63,381 nucleotides of DNA, filler included, from Reticulomyxa filosa (GCA_000512085.1; 11 parts of 11 records of this genome joined end to end with filler, not necessarily neighbours in it), one strand, 5' to 3'. Shown: positions 25,751-38,914, counted from the first letter of the whole stretch. Notes: generated by a model from the sequence alone, not told the origin. Numbers and translations are program-made.

Positions 25751-26377
25751 CTGCTTGTTCTATTAATTTCAAGATTTAAAAGAATTGGAAATCAATCTTG
25801 ATTATTAGCAATGATACTTTCAAAAGCAAACGTGAATCATTGAGCGGAAACCTCAAAATGGTATCCTTCTTCGGCAGACTTTTCGAAACCAAACTACAAA
25901 ATATTTCGAGTCTGTAAAATATGTTTTGTGTTAAATAGCTCTTGTAGGCAAACTATGTTGGTATTTAGAACGTACAAATGATAAAGGATTTGAAAACTTT
26001 GGGTTATCAAAATTTTTGAGTTTGTGGTCAGTTATATGTTTTCTTTCAAATGCTCGGTCGTATTTGTGACTCTGAAGAAGGTGTCACAAAAAAGAAATCG
26101 TAGCTACTTTAAGATCAAAACAAAAACAGAAAAAAACCTTAAGGATGCGTCAATAATTGAGTAAGTCTTCATATCACAAGAAATAAAAAATTAGAATGAT
26201 GGCCAATACTTTGTCTTTTCATACGAAAGGGTCACTCTTCACATTCAAGTCAAAAAAAACGAACTAAAAACTAAACTTAACCCTTTTATTTTTATTAATA
26301 AAAAACAAAACAAAGTAAATTTTTTCTCCGTTTTTGTTTTGATTTTCACATGTATTGTCAGAAAGAAAAAAAATGGA

Positions 26378-28051
26378 TCAATGTGGTTGTCCACGTGATT
26401 GCTGAGAAGGAACAAAGACCATAGCGGTAGTAGTGGTTTGAGAAGCAGCATTTGATTGATCCGAGTTCAAAGCAGTAGATGATGTGGATGGAATAGATGC
26501 AGGCGCGACTGAACTTAGCCAGTTCCAAGTAATAACAGGCGCGGATGTAGCTGTGGAGGTAGTTGTGGATGTGGATGAGGGTAGGGATAATGATGAAACA
26601 GTGGGTAATACGTAAGAAACGCTCGGACAAAAGAGGAGCGGAACATTGGACACGGTCATTTCATAGCCGCAACGAGGAGGCTGCAGCTGCCAATGATCGA
26701 TCATAGAAACGTTTGTGGAGGAAGAGGCTGAGGACGATTGCGAAGGATGCGTGGAGAGAGGTGTGCAAAGAGGAAACGGAAGGGGAAGTGGAAGTGGCAA
26801 CGGCAGTGATAATGGCAAGGGAAGAGGTAAAGGAAGAGGCAGAGGTAAAGGCAATGGCAAGGGAAGTGGAGGGGGTAATTGCAATGGTATCGACAAGGGA
26901 AGAGAAAAAGGAACAGGAAATGTGTGCGAAAAATTGTTATGGCCATGCCAATGATCACGGTCACGATTTGTTGACCCATTTGAAACATTGTGTGACAAAG
27001 ATACGCGACTGTCTGATGAATGATCAAGAGGAATGGGTGCAAATACCCAATTCAAATTGATATTATTATTATTATTATTATTGTTATTTGTGTTATTATT
27101 ATTATTATTATCATCAATAACAGTATTACTTGTAGCATGGCCATTATTCAAAGCATCATTGCCACTGACGTAAGCGGTAGAATGATTTTCAGTGTCATTG
27201 TTGTGTTGGTCGTCCTTTTTTTTTTGTTTTGTTTGTTTATTTGTTTGAGTGCAGATTCCCAACGTGTGATGTGAACATAGGAGTGAGAGATAGAGAGAAA
27301 AATGAATGATACCAAATACTGTTGATATCGCTGTTGATATTCCATAATGTCATCCGTGGTCAACACACGACGAATCATTTTGTCCGCCAAAGACTGTAAG
27401 GAATAGTTGATGGTCAATCCACCATTCCAGTTGTCATGGTTCACAACAATATGGGCGCGACAAATCGGGCATTTGGGTGGCGAATATGAACAATGCTTCA
27501 CATGGCCTTTCAGACATACGTAACAAAATGAATGTCCACAAGACAGTGTGACCGGTGCTGCAAATGTTTGTACACAGATTCCACACTGAATGTCTTGCTC
27601 AATTGAATGAAGTAGTTTCTCTTCTTTTTTATTATGATTATTATCATCACTCTGCTCATCTTCAATTTTATTTGATTTCTTTGCTTTTTGTTTTTTAATT
27701 GCTTTGCTTTTGCTTTTTTCCCTTTTTTTGCATCGAATTCCTCGTTCATTATTACTTCATCCTCTTGCTCGCTACAAATACTCTCCTCTTTCTCTTTTTC
27801 GTGACTGGGCAATGACAGAGTTCGGGGGCGTTTGCTCCATCTTTCAAAAGAAGTCGATGCCAAGGATGGCTCTGACACAACTTCACGGATTGAACGCTTA
27901 TGCGCACGCTTGGACCTGCTTGAGCCAATTGTGCTCATCCCGCCAATTGCGTCTGTCTGGTTTGGCTGAACTTGTTTACTTGTTTGTTTTGTTTTTTTGT
28001 TTTTTTTACTTGTTTGTTGCAAGGCTTTTATTTTCGGGATTTTTTTGGCAT
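26378..28051 (-). CDS. C3HC4 RING finger protein with a basic N-terminus and a low-complexity (poly-N, (PL)n, S/T-rich) C-terminus
   Basis: At ~27460-27590 the minus strand reads CGICVQTFAAPVTLSCGHSFCYVCLKGHVKHCSYSPPKCPICR. Linking it to ATG 28051 needs A-run frameshifts near 28040 and ~27705, plus an intron at ~27215-27312. Confidence 0.8.
26795..26880. repeat. Degenerate hexanucleotide repeat encoding (Pro-Leu)n
   Basis: PLPLPLPLPL in ORF 26378..27262, with variable third codon positions. Confidence 0.75.
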
Positions 28052-28446
28052 TGATGGGGTCGATAACTTAAACAATGAAGCTATCCTCCCTTTTTGCCCC
28101 TTTTTCTTTTAAAAAAAAACAGTGTGCAAGTGACAGTGTACATTCTTGTAAGAAAGCAAGTTAATAAGTATCAAAAAACAGTTTTGAAAGAGTAATATTG
28201 ATACAACTATAAACATCATGATTGAATTTACTTATTTATATGAAAAAAATATGTGAAATTTATAGAAAAAATTAAATAGGATAAGGATAACTAAGAAAGG
28301 ATGCTGTAAAAGAACACAAAAAACCAAAATTAACACACAAAACACGCAAAGGGCTTCAAATCCAAAATATTCAAATACAAATAAATACGTGTACCTTCCA
28401 GGAAGAAAGCTTGGTGTAGGCTTTCAATTTCCATTTTTGACTCTCA

Positions 28447-29455
28447 ATGAGCTCAGAACAACCAGAGAAAGAAGAATTGTGTCATGTCCGGCGAGCAAGT
28501 GAATCTGACTTGAGTACGGTACTAGAGCTTTTATCAAATGAACCGAAGAACCGGATAGTTGATCTTATCCCGACTGTAATGAGCAATAAAATTATTTATA
28601 TCAGCATGTTTATAGTCTTCCTACTATCTGCAGTGTATTTGACGCTGGCAACAATGTATGAGCGGCAAGCGTTGTACATTCACACCTATGTCATTATAAT
28701 GCTATGTCCAGCCCTGGTTGTGTATACTCTAGGATTAATACAAGGGTACATTACATTTAACAAGAGGTATCAAAAATTCCTCCAACTGAAGGCACACTTG
28801 CCAAAGGATGAAATTACTTCATTTATTAAAAATCGTCTAATTTTTATGGCTTTTCCACTAAAAACAAATAATGATCAAACCAGTTTTGTCCAAAAAAATA
28901 GTATTTGCTTTTTCGTTGTAAAATTATCCACAAAAAAAAAAAATAGAAGACGAGGGTCCATGTTTGGGTGTTTTGATACTGTCAACCTACCCCAAGTTTT
29001 GTGCAAGGATAGGGATAGACCCTTTGAATTTGAAGGAATTTTATTCGTGTTTGCATAACATCGTGATTATTGAGTGGATGGTAATTAACGAAAGAGTGTT
29101 GAATGATGACGAGAAGTTTGCAAGTGTATTTGAGCAAATGCTTCGGTATGTCTGTGGTTCGAATAATTTGAAGGACAATACATTTGGCATTTTGAATGAA
29201 ACAGCAATCTATTATGCATTTTGTCTTTCGGATGAAATGATGACTTGGCAACATGAATGTCTTGTTGACAATGGCTTTATACTTTTTCATTCCTGGGAAG
29301 ATTTACAGTTTTGTGGAATATCTTTTCCAACCAAATTTCTTCTCTTTATCAAACCTTTGAATGCTGTTGCCTTGGCTACACGCAATCATGCCAAGGCACA
29401 AAAAACAAATCCTACTACACAAAATGATGCCACTGCACAAGAAAAAAAGGACTAG
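28447..29455 (+). CDS. Membrane-anchored GNAT-fold protein, NAT8/Camello-like (divergent)
   Basis: N-terminal HVRRASESDLSTVLELLS, a hydrophobic hairpin, then CFFVV...GPCLGVL, IEWMVINE and LVDNGF, matching the NAT8-family layout. The two ORFs join by a frameshift in the A-run at ~28932-28942. Confidence 0.5.
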
Positions 29456-29660
29456 TGCAATCAATCATTTCATTCATAATACAACTCTTACTTAAGGTAT
29501 TCAATTAATTGTTTAATGTTGTTTTTTATATGATATTTTTTTACTCTCTTTGCAATCAACAAGTAATTTCTTTTTGTTTGATTGACTTAGAAATTTTCTT
29601 AACTTGTCCAACGCAACTTCACATACATTAGAATGCAAAAGAAAGTTGAAATATAAAACG

Positions 29661-29972
29661 GCACATTATATAGATGATCGATTTTCTTAATGGAGAAAAG
29701 ACATTCGAATCTAAATTTTGAAAAATATAAGACTTATGTAATTTTAATATTGTTGTTTTTAGTTTTTTATTAAATCTTTCAAAATTATTTCAGAATCTTT
29801 TTTCAAGACTAATGTTTAAATTTTGTCAAAAAAAAAAACGAAATTCTGAAACAATTAGGAAAGATTTAATAAACAACTAAAAACAAAACCATATTAAAAA
29901 TTATATAAGTTTTATATATTTTTCAAAAATTAGATTTAAATGTCGTTTTCCATTAAGAAAATCTATCATCTA
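29661..29972. mobile_element. Foldback/MITE-like element with ~125-130 bp imperfect inverted arms
   Basis: 29671-29797 (tagatgatcgattttcttaatgg...taaatctttcaaaattatttcagaat) is the approximate reverse complement of 29843-29972 (attctgaaacaattaggaaagattta...ccattaagaaaatctatcatcta). Confidence 0.8.
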
Positions 29973-30120
29973 CAGTAAGTTGTAAAGAAAACTGAACGCC
30001 TAAAACATATATTATGATAATTGATTTTATCCATGAAAAATCAACATTTAGACCTAATTTTTTTTTTAAAAAATATCTACAAATCTTGTAGTTTTAAATA
30101 TGATATTGGTTTTTTAATGT
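29973..30120 (+). mobile_element. Tc1/mariner-like terminal repeat, copy 1 (TA|CAGTAAGTTGTAAAGAAAACTGAACGCC...)
   Basis: Highly similar to 49778-49924. Begins with CAGT directly after TA and lies near a contig end. Confidence 0.6.
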
Positions 30121-30665
30121 TGGATAAAATCAACATTATTTCAAATGATTTTTGAAAATTCTGCGAGAATGTGTATCATTTGCACTTTTATTAAAATTAA
30201 GAAATTTTNNNNNNNNNNNNNNNNNNNNNNNNNNNNNNNNNNNNNNNNNNNNTTAATTAATTAANNNNNNNNNNNNNNNNNNNNNNNNNNNNNNNNNNNN
30301 NNNNNNNNCTCGTCCCATTCTCTTGGAATTGAAATATTTTCTTAACTAATATATCTCTTCTTATTTTAATCAAGATTTGGAGGGACAATGCATGCTTGAA
30401 AGCAAAGTTTTTGGTAGTTTGTCGTTTTAACAATACTTGATATCAAGTGCTCAACAAAACTAAAATCTCTGTTTTGGTAATAAATCTTGAGAAAAATTCA
30501 CAATGAAATAGCTGTTCAAACTTTTGGAGGGACTCATTACAAGAACTAACTCAACAGTTTGATCATAGATCATATCATTTTTTTTTCTCCTAAAAAAAAA
30601 CATTAGGTTCCAAGTCTCATTCTACAAATACAAAAGATTGTATTGAAACGACAAGTGACGAAGCT

Positions 30666-31854
30666 ATGACTGACGAAACTGAAAACAAACCTCGCCAAAC
30701 GTATATGGTAATACATTTGAATGACATAACAATTACGAAAAAGAAACAGCTTTTAAGAATTACTTTTTTAAAAAAAACCAATCGAAAATAGCTTGAAGAT
30801 CGAATACATATGATACTGGAAAATTGGACTCGCTCTTGTTCAATGCAACAAGCATGGGTGTATGATATCAGCAAGATTGTCGCAAAATTTGTTGAGCCCA
30901 TAGCTTTGTTGTTCTTTTTTTTTTTATTTCATTTGTTGCATTACAAACAACAAATAGGGACGCTTTCATAGACAGTTAAAAGTTTTTCAGTGTTATTCCG
31001 ACTTATTGACAAGTGCGAAATTGTCATCAGATTGCACAAAACTTGCATCGTCTTCACAGGGCAACACAATCCGAATATGGGATGTTGCGTCAGAGACAAC
31101 AACCCAAATATTGTATGGACATTTGAATTGGGTGGATGATGTGCAATTTTCACCAAAAGGAGATTTGCTTGTATCATGTTCATTTGATAATACAATTCGA
31201 TTGTGGGATGTAAAATCAGGCCAAGAGTTACATGTGATACGAGGACATACCAAAAATGTAACAAGTGCAAAATTTTCACCAGATGGTATTAATCTTGTGT
31301 CTGGTTCATATGATGAAACCATTCGGATATGGGATGTGGAATATGGACAACAGATACATATAATGAGAGGACATTCAAGCTATGTATGTGATGTACAATT
31401 TTCACCTGATGGCCAACATATTGTATCAGCTTCTGATGATTATACAGTTGGAGTTTGGGATGTAAAATCAGGTGAAAGGATATATGAATGGCTTGGACAT
31501 CTTGATTGTGTAAAGAAAGCACAGTTTTCTCCTTGTTGTCGCTATGTTGTATCTTGTTCAAATGACAAAACAATTCGAATATGGGATATGGCATCAGGGA
31601 AAGAGATGCAGAAATTTGAAGGACATTCCAGATCTGTTGTAGATGTCAAATATACAGATGTTCACACTATTGTGTCATGTTCAAATGATAAAACAATTCG
31701 AATATGGGATGTAAAATCAGGACAAACAATACAAACATTGAGTGGACATTCTGAATGGATTACAGGAATTGATGTTTCATTATGTGGAAACATTATCGTA
31801 TCGGCATCTCTTGATCATACTATTCGATTATGGGGATGGTGTATTAAGAAATAA
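30666..31854 (+). CDS. WD40 repeat protein (about 7 blades) with the N-terminal family motif
   Basis: Exons ~30666-30700, ~30792-30890 (MILENWTRSCSMQQAWVYDISKIVAKF) and 30958-31854 (repeated GH...FSPDG..VS.S.D.TIR.WD). Confidence 0.9.
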
Positions 31855-33353
31855 CAATTTATGCTTTTTTTTTTCTTTTTCATTTGGACGCACGTCCATC
31901 CTTTTCTATAGTCTAATTTTGTGATTGAAGTTTATTTGACTATTAAAAGTATTCTGATCGCTGTTCACAGATTTCTCAACGAAATTGTAATAATTGATAT
32001 TTCCCTCTTTTCAGTTTTGCATTTTTCACTTTTCTACTGCCGTTTCATCTTGGGAAATGCCAAAGCAAAACAATTTAATATTACTAGCACTTTCCATTTT
32101 GTTAAAATATTATAAATAGATCTAATCTTGTTCTTTGGTGGTGCAAAAGAAACGGACGAATTTAGACACATTTTACTACCTGCTATTATCTGATCTTGTT
32201 GCAATATTAAATGAGGACAATACGTGTATAAACATTTTTTATGGATATCACAGAAAACAGAAAAATATTTGAAAACATATAAACAGTAAAAGAAAATAGT
32301 GCCAGTTAATCATTTTTTATCAAAATTGGACAGATTGACTCGTGATTTATATTCGTTCATTGTCATATTTTTTGCTTGTATTTTTATGTAAAATAGAGAT
32401 TTTAAAAATTAGCAAATTCATAATCATACAGTAAGACTATTAACTTTTTTCAAATATAATTTTTGAACAAATTAAGGAAAAAAAAACAAAGACCAAGATA
32501 GCATTTAATTATCACCATAATGTGGTATTTTAGGCTTCAGCTTTTTTCTTTCTGCTGTATTTTTCATAAACTTTATTTTAATAATTTAAGCTTTCTAAAC
32601 ATTTAAATATTTCTGACTATCAAAAGCTATCTGAGTGCATTCCACTGAATAGGACCAACATGATTTTTTCGCGGATAAAAAATTTATATAAGATAATTTA
32701 AACACAGCGAGTAAAGAGATTTCTTGGACATTCTTATACTAACCCAGTACAATTTTCATCAGATGGCCACCATTGGAGACCAAATAATTAAAAGTTGGAG
32801 ATAACACGCAAAAAAATTTGGAAGATAAATACAGTCGTGTTATATCAAATGACTTTCCTTTACTGTTTATTTTTGCGTGATTCCATCTCACACAACGGAT
32901 AAAATAGTTTAAATATGTAATGTTAATCAGGAAAAAAAACGAACAATCGAACATTCACAAGAAAATATTTAATGTGAAAATTTTTCTGATTGTCAAGAAA
33001 ATATATCGTATTCAGCTTATGAAATAACATACATGCAATAGACAAGAATATCAGCAGTGAAAATTTATTGTTGCAAAAAGTTGGTTTTTTATATCAGGAG
33101 CCAGTCGAACCTTTGCATAACTGTACCACTGCATATCTTTTGAGCATTTTCCTTTTTTCTGGCAAAAACTTACAAATTTTTTAATTCTACGATAACTAAC
33201 AGAGAAACATGCTTTTCAATGATATTCTTTTAGCAATTAAAATAATTTAGGATCAATCGAATAATGACTTAAATGAGCACAAAATTGGCTGATCTCTCAA
33301 CGCTGAATTTTTTGGGTTGCAACGAAGAGGGGAAAGACATCAAGGAGAAAAAA

Positions 33354-35093
33354 ATGTCCGTTGTGAAAGAAGGATGGATAGAAAAATGCGGACCATTATG
33401 GAGTCCAACCTGGCATAAACGGTATTTTTTTTAATTTTCAAAAGAGTGAAAGAAGAGCTTGCTTAATATTTGTTTTTTTGTCTTTCCTGTACGCTTGCAT
33501 ATTCTGAACAATTGGAGTGGAACTGATTGTTATAGATGGCTAGTGTTGTATGAAACCAGAGTGGTAGAATACTTTTCAAACGAGGGAAAGAAAGATTTGA
33601 AAGGCGTGATTGATCTAATAGGTGCCGAGGAGGTGAAGTCTACCGAAAATGACCCTGGAAAGCTTTACAAACGAGGGTAAGGAGTTCAAAAAAAAAAAAA
33701 AAGGGTTGAAGATTGAGATTCACACAAACCAAGGGATCTCAAAAAAAAAAAAAAAGGTTTTCATTAACAACGAAATTTCGAGCATACCGATTTGCAGCAG
33801 ATTCGAGGCGAATAGATCGGAGTGGTGCGACAAATTGCGAAAAGCGATAGCAGGGACTCTGCCAAAGCGAAGAACAACACGAAAGCTGCTCCGTTCGCAG
33901 TCTGCAAACAGCAGTCCCACTGGTAAATTTGAACTTTTTTTTTTTTTTTGGTAAAGAAAGTTTTGACAAACAATTTCACACCCAATCAAATTTTTTTTTT
34001 AAAAAAAAAAAAAAGACAAAAGAAAAAGCGTGGAATCAATGTCAGTGAACGAATCACACGAGAACGGGAAAAAGAAGCGCAGTAGTGTCGACAATGAACA
34101 CTCGCTGCTTCTCAATGAAAATGAGATGAAAAGCGAGACAAAGGAAGATAACGACGCGGATAACAAAGTCAATAACAATAGCAATAGCAATGGCAAGCAT
34201 AATGAAAATGAAAAGGAGAATGGGAATGGAAATGAGAATGAGAATAGGAATGGCAATAGCAAGACCAATGGCAAGACGACGGAAAAGAGACAAAATGAAA
34301 TGATGAAGACGTGCATGGCATTTGCGCTGTCGCAAATCGTGTCGTATTTGTCCACGGTCGACGCGAGCGCGTTGTTCATCACCGCCAAATGGTTTCGACG
34401 AGATTGCATTGCCACTTTAAACCACGCCTCTTTCTTCCAGTACTATTCCTTCAAAGCGCTTCCTTTGAAGACGTTACGTCGATACTCCGCCACGAGGCAG
34501 ACTAGATTCCCATGGATTTTCGCACATAATTACAAACAAATTTGGGTTTTTGGAAACTGTCCTGAGGTTGGTTTTTTTTTTTTTTTAATTTTGATTTTAA
34601 ATTTTTGAATTTTTGCTCCCCCCTTTTTTTTTTTTTTTTTTAGTTTCTCTCAGAGGAAGCAAAAAAACCCAAAAAAAAATGAAAAAGACAAATTGTAACA
34701 GTTTAAATACTCGACATTGACATTGGCCGAACTGCAAGTGGACAAAGTGTGCCGATTGGAGTTGGACGACATAATGCTGTGGAACCCCGACGACCAAGAC
34801 ATCGAAGAAGTGCTACTGTTCGCAAAAAGCCGCGCGGACCAAATCCAAGACTTGCACGTCCGCTCGTACACGGAAAACCCAAAGTGGCTCAAACTACTGT
34901 GTCGCTTCCCACAAGTCAAAGTCTTGACGTTGAGCATGAAACTGCACTCCTTCTTATTCGACAGTCTAATTCGACCGGAAAATATCGTACACTTGTCACT
35001 CTTGCGAGTCGATGTCTATTCGACCGAATTGGAGAGTTCATATCTCGCTACTGTTTGAGTTTTCTCTATATTGTATATGTATGCCATATATAC

Positions 35094-35126
<33 letters not shown>

Positions 35127-35758
35127 ATATATATGCATATAAATATGTAACGTATAGTTATTTCCACGGTTTCGCAAATTATTGACGCTCCACTTGGAAG
35201 ACTCGCGGTGGAAAGGCACGTAACTGTGCCACCGCAGATCAAGTCTTTCGCTTTGTTCCGCTGGACCATTCCGTAGTTGATCTGCAACGTATTGTTCGTG
35301 AAGACGACGCTCGATCTCATGACTTGGGCTATGAACTCAATTATGCCTTGGATTTGATTGTTGATCACAAAAACTGGCCAGGAGGTATTTTCACCTTTTT
35401 TTATACACACGTATATACATATATATGTATATTATTTATTTTGCTGCGTTGGAGCTACTCCGAAATTTGTTGCGCAAATTTTTTTTTTCTTTCTCCCCCT
35501 TCTCCCCCTTCTCCCTCCTCAGTGTTGAATAGCTCATTGCGTAATGGTCATGAGGCGTTGAAACAACATCGCTTAAGGGTGTGGATTTTGCACAAACGCC
35601 AATGGGATCAGCAAGTAATGAATATCAACTATACCAAAAAGCCACCACCCTTGAAATTGTTTGAAGTCAATAATTGTTATAGTGAATTGGCACGCTTGGA
35701 CAATCTCACCGACATGAGCGCTCTGTGGGAAACCAAAAATGAAAAAAAACTTCCTTGA
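33354..35758 (+). CDS. PH domain protein with a downstream F-box-like motif and LRR-like region (multi-exon)
   Basis: PH domain: MSVVKEGWIEKCG..WHKR|WLVL..EYF...KGVIDL...RSEWCDKLRKAI. It is followed by an N/E-rich linker, F-box-like LSQIVSYLSTVDASALFITAKWFRR, and LRR-like FPQVKVLTLS / NIVHLSL. Joining these into one gene is inferred. Confidence 0.65.
35085..35145. repeat. Intronic (TA)n microsatellite
   Basis: Visible TA dinucleotide run. Similar runs occur at 37120-37165, 41280-41352 and 54655-54745. Confidence 0.85.
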
Positions 35759-36760
35759 AAACGTGTCAACTCCAGAATAAAAACAGCACCAAAAAACAAA
35801 AGAAAGCAAATTTTTTTTTTTTTTTTTGGACAGTAGTGGGGATATCTTTACAAGTGTTTTGTTTTTTTGGATATATGTGATGGCCAAGGGATAAAGGGAA
35901 CCTTAAGTTCGGAGTGAATGCAAATGTCATTGATAGGTTTTTCGATGTTCTTGCTAAAGGAATGTTATTTTGGCAATAACTTCCAATTTAAAACAATGTG
36001 TTTTTCTGATATCGTTATGACAGTTTGATGACAACTCGTCAAACTCCTTTAATTTTAGATTCGAAAATGAGGAACAAATTCTAAAACTCGCTGTCAATAA
36101 AGCCACGCTCTATGATTTATCAAATAAATAAGGAGGAGTGATGTAATCCAGACAAAAATCTATGTACAAATGGCTAAAATTTAAAGAATTGTTTCGTATT
36201 ACACTAGAGAAAATCCCATTTTGTATTTTAGGCAAAAAATCCATGTAAAATTTGAATATTAAATAAAGTTTTCATCACTTGACATTCATAACAGCAGTTT
36301 TCTTAATGTCTGCAATTATTTTTCAATCACAATGTTTCAGGTTTTTATAATTTTTAAATAATAATTATTTTAGTTTGAATTTGAATTTATTTGAAATAAA
36401 ACCAAAAAAGTTTAAAACAAACCAACAAACAAGATTTATAGTTAAATGAATGTGAAACAAATTCCAACATTCAAAAAAATAGTACAAAAGGTAGAAAACA
36501 TTTAAAAGTTTATATTTTATATGCCACCTTGCCTTTCTAAAGTAAAACAATATCACACGCTTTTCTAAGTGTCCATATAGTTTTCACTGGCGTCTAAAAT
36601 TAAACGCTATAAGTTATGCTAATAAATTACTCTCCTTCATTGCTGCAAAATTTTTTAGAACACTCTTAAAATTCAAATTTTAGCAAATTGTTTTGAAAGT
36701 GGTGAGTGGAACTTTTTTGAAAAACTTTGTATCCCGGAGAAAGAAATCAATATAAATCAA

Positions 36761-37697
36761 ATGAACTACATTGAAAACTATGGTACCCAACATAACGACA
36801 ATATTCAAACATTTCAAAGCAGATCGAACCAAGTTGCCTCCACACCGTTTTCGTCACGAAGTGTTCGCAACATTTTGAATACAGCAACCCCGTCAGCGCA
36901 CCTGTTCCGACGGCGCCGAGTCGAGCCGATCCAATCGAAGATGGAAGGGCCCCCACCAGCAGATATTTCGGACATCAACGCGAGTATTTTGGGTCCGTAT
37001 GAAATTGACAAACACCGTTTCTACGGATTTGCAGTGGCGTTGCTATTGTTGCTTTCCCTTATATTTTTTGGTTTGTCCACCTCAGTGCAAGGTATACAAT
37101 CAACAAAAAGTTGATATTACATATGCATATATGCATATATGTACATATACATATATATATATATTTTTTTTTTTTCCACCCAAAAAAACACCGAAAAAAA
37201 AAAAAAGGATTTGGAAGCACATTAGTGATGATGTTTTCGGTGTTGTCATTGACCGGGAGCATATACTTTGGGGTGAAAATGTTGGCATCAATGTGCATGC
37301 AATGGTGGATGGGACACAATTGGGTGCATGCAAAGAGTCGCGTGGAAGACCCATTGTATACGTTGCAAAGGCTGGACGAGCCGCATATTCATAACAATAA
37401 TTATAATAATAACTATAATAATAATCATAATAATAACTATAACAATAACCATAATAATAACTACAATAAGTATAGCAATTACAACTACAATACGCACAAT
37501 AATGTGAAGTACACCAACCACAAGACTTACAGCAGTTACAACCGTAACGACATGAGAAACAATCTGATTGGGAGCATCGGGACAAGTGCAATGCGAGCGA
37601 GACATGACGTAGATGACATTTTCCAACAACAACAACAACAACAGCAGATGCAACAGCAGACACAACGTCGAGGAGGAGGGGTAAACGAAGTTGAAAG
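36761..37697 (+). CDS. Hypothetical membrane protein with two hydrophobic segments and an Asn/Gln-rich tail (3' truncated)
   Basis: TM-like FYGFAVALLLLLSLIFFGL and LVMMFSVLSLTGSIYFGV are separated by an intron at ~37093-37207. (AAT)n and (CAA)n tracts follow. Confidence 0.6.
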
Positions 37698-37802
37698 NNN
37701 NNNNNNNNNNNNNNNNNNNNNNNNNNNNNNNNNNNNNNNNNTTAATTAATTAANNNNNNNNNNNNNNNNNNNNNNNNNNNNNNNNNNNNNNNNNNNNAAA
37801 AA

Positions 37803-37839
<37 letters not shown>

Positions 37840-37841
<2 letters not shown>

Positions 37842-38797
37842 TTGTAAATCAAAGATGAATCCTTGACAAAATGACTCGACGTGAATATTGTCCAGCCAGA
37901 GATTGGAAAGGGCAGAAGATGCGACGTGTATTTGTATTTTGTTATGAGAGAGACCGCACGTGCAGCCCAGTAATTTGGCGGCGTTTAAGCTGCCTTCGAA
38001 ACCGGTGATTTTCAAAAAATTGGAGTGTTGGAATTTGAGTGCTTTGGTTCGATCGACAGACTCGTACGTTAGCATCGCGACTGATTTGTTGTCGCTGATG
38101 TCAACACGTCGCAATTGTATGATTGCTGTTTTACACAAAGTGTGCATGTTACGCGTATGTGGTAATAACGAAAGGGAAGTTCAGAGTCATGTGTATGTGG
38201 CTTTTTTTTTTAAAAAAAAAAACACCTGAAGTTTGACTGGACTTTGGCAGACGAAATTTGATAAAGAGGTCGGCAAGGGAGAGCCACGCTTGTTCGAGGA
38301 AATAGGCCTTTGACTGAGGGTCAGCGAAAGAATCAGACTGCCAAGTGACTGTCTGCGCAATGAATTGGTTGATAAGCCAATCCACTGGCTGCAACAACTC
38401 ACGCTCCTCGTTCAGATTCAGCCCTTTCAAAAAGTTATTTGTGTCGTCGTGCTTCGTGTTGCACGCACAACAGTATCGTGTTCACGATTTGCTTGAATTT
38501 GTCGTGCGTCATCTCCCGCTTCTTCTTCTGCTGCTGCTCAAACATTAACGCACACAGCTTTTTCAAACGCTCCAACGTGTCGCGACTGGGATGATACAAA
38601 ATCAACGACAGTCCATGCAACCATCCCTCAAATAACGTCGTCTCTGTTTCCAATTCTTTCTCTATCTTTTCCAAACACTTTTCCACGTCCTTCTCTTCTT
38701 TCAGTGACACCAGTGCTTCCATCCACCCTCCTTTGCTCGTCTGTTGTTTTGTTTCCCCCCCCCCCCCCCCCTCCTTTCTTCTAGTTTTTGCGATCAC
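37840..38797 (-). CDS. Internal fragment of an unknown multi-exon protein
   Basis: Three consecutive, GC-richer minus-strand ORFs are linked by a frameshift (~38436) and an intron (~38150-38225). No family recognised. Confidence 0.5.
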
Positions 38798-38914
38798 TGG
38801 ACATTCATCGGTGANNNNNNNNNNNNNNNNNNNNNNNNNNNNNNNNNNNNNNNNNNNNTTAATTAATTAANNNNNNNNNNNNNNNNNNNNNNNNNNNNNN
38901 NNNNNNNNNNNNNN

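Noticed and set aside
26713-27060. Plus-strand Gly/Arg-rich and Glu/Val-rich ORFs
   Set aside because: Antisense shadows of the (Pro-Leu)n repeat of the minus-strand RING gene.
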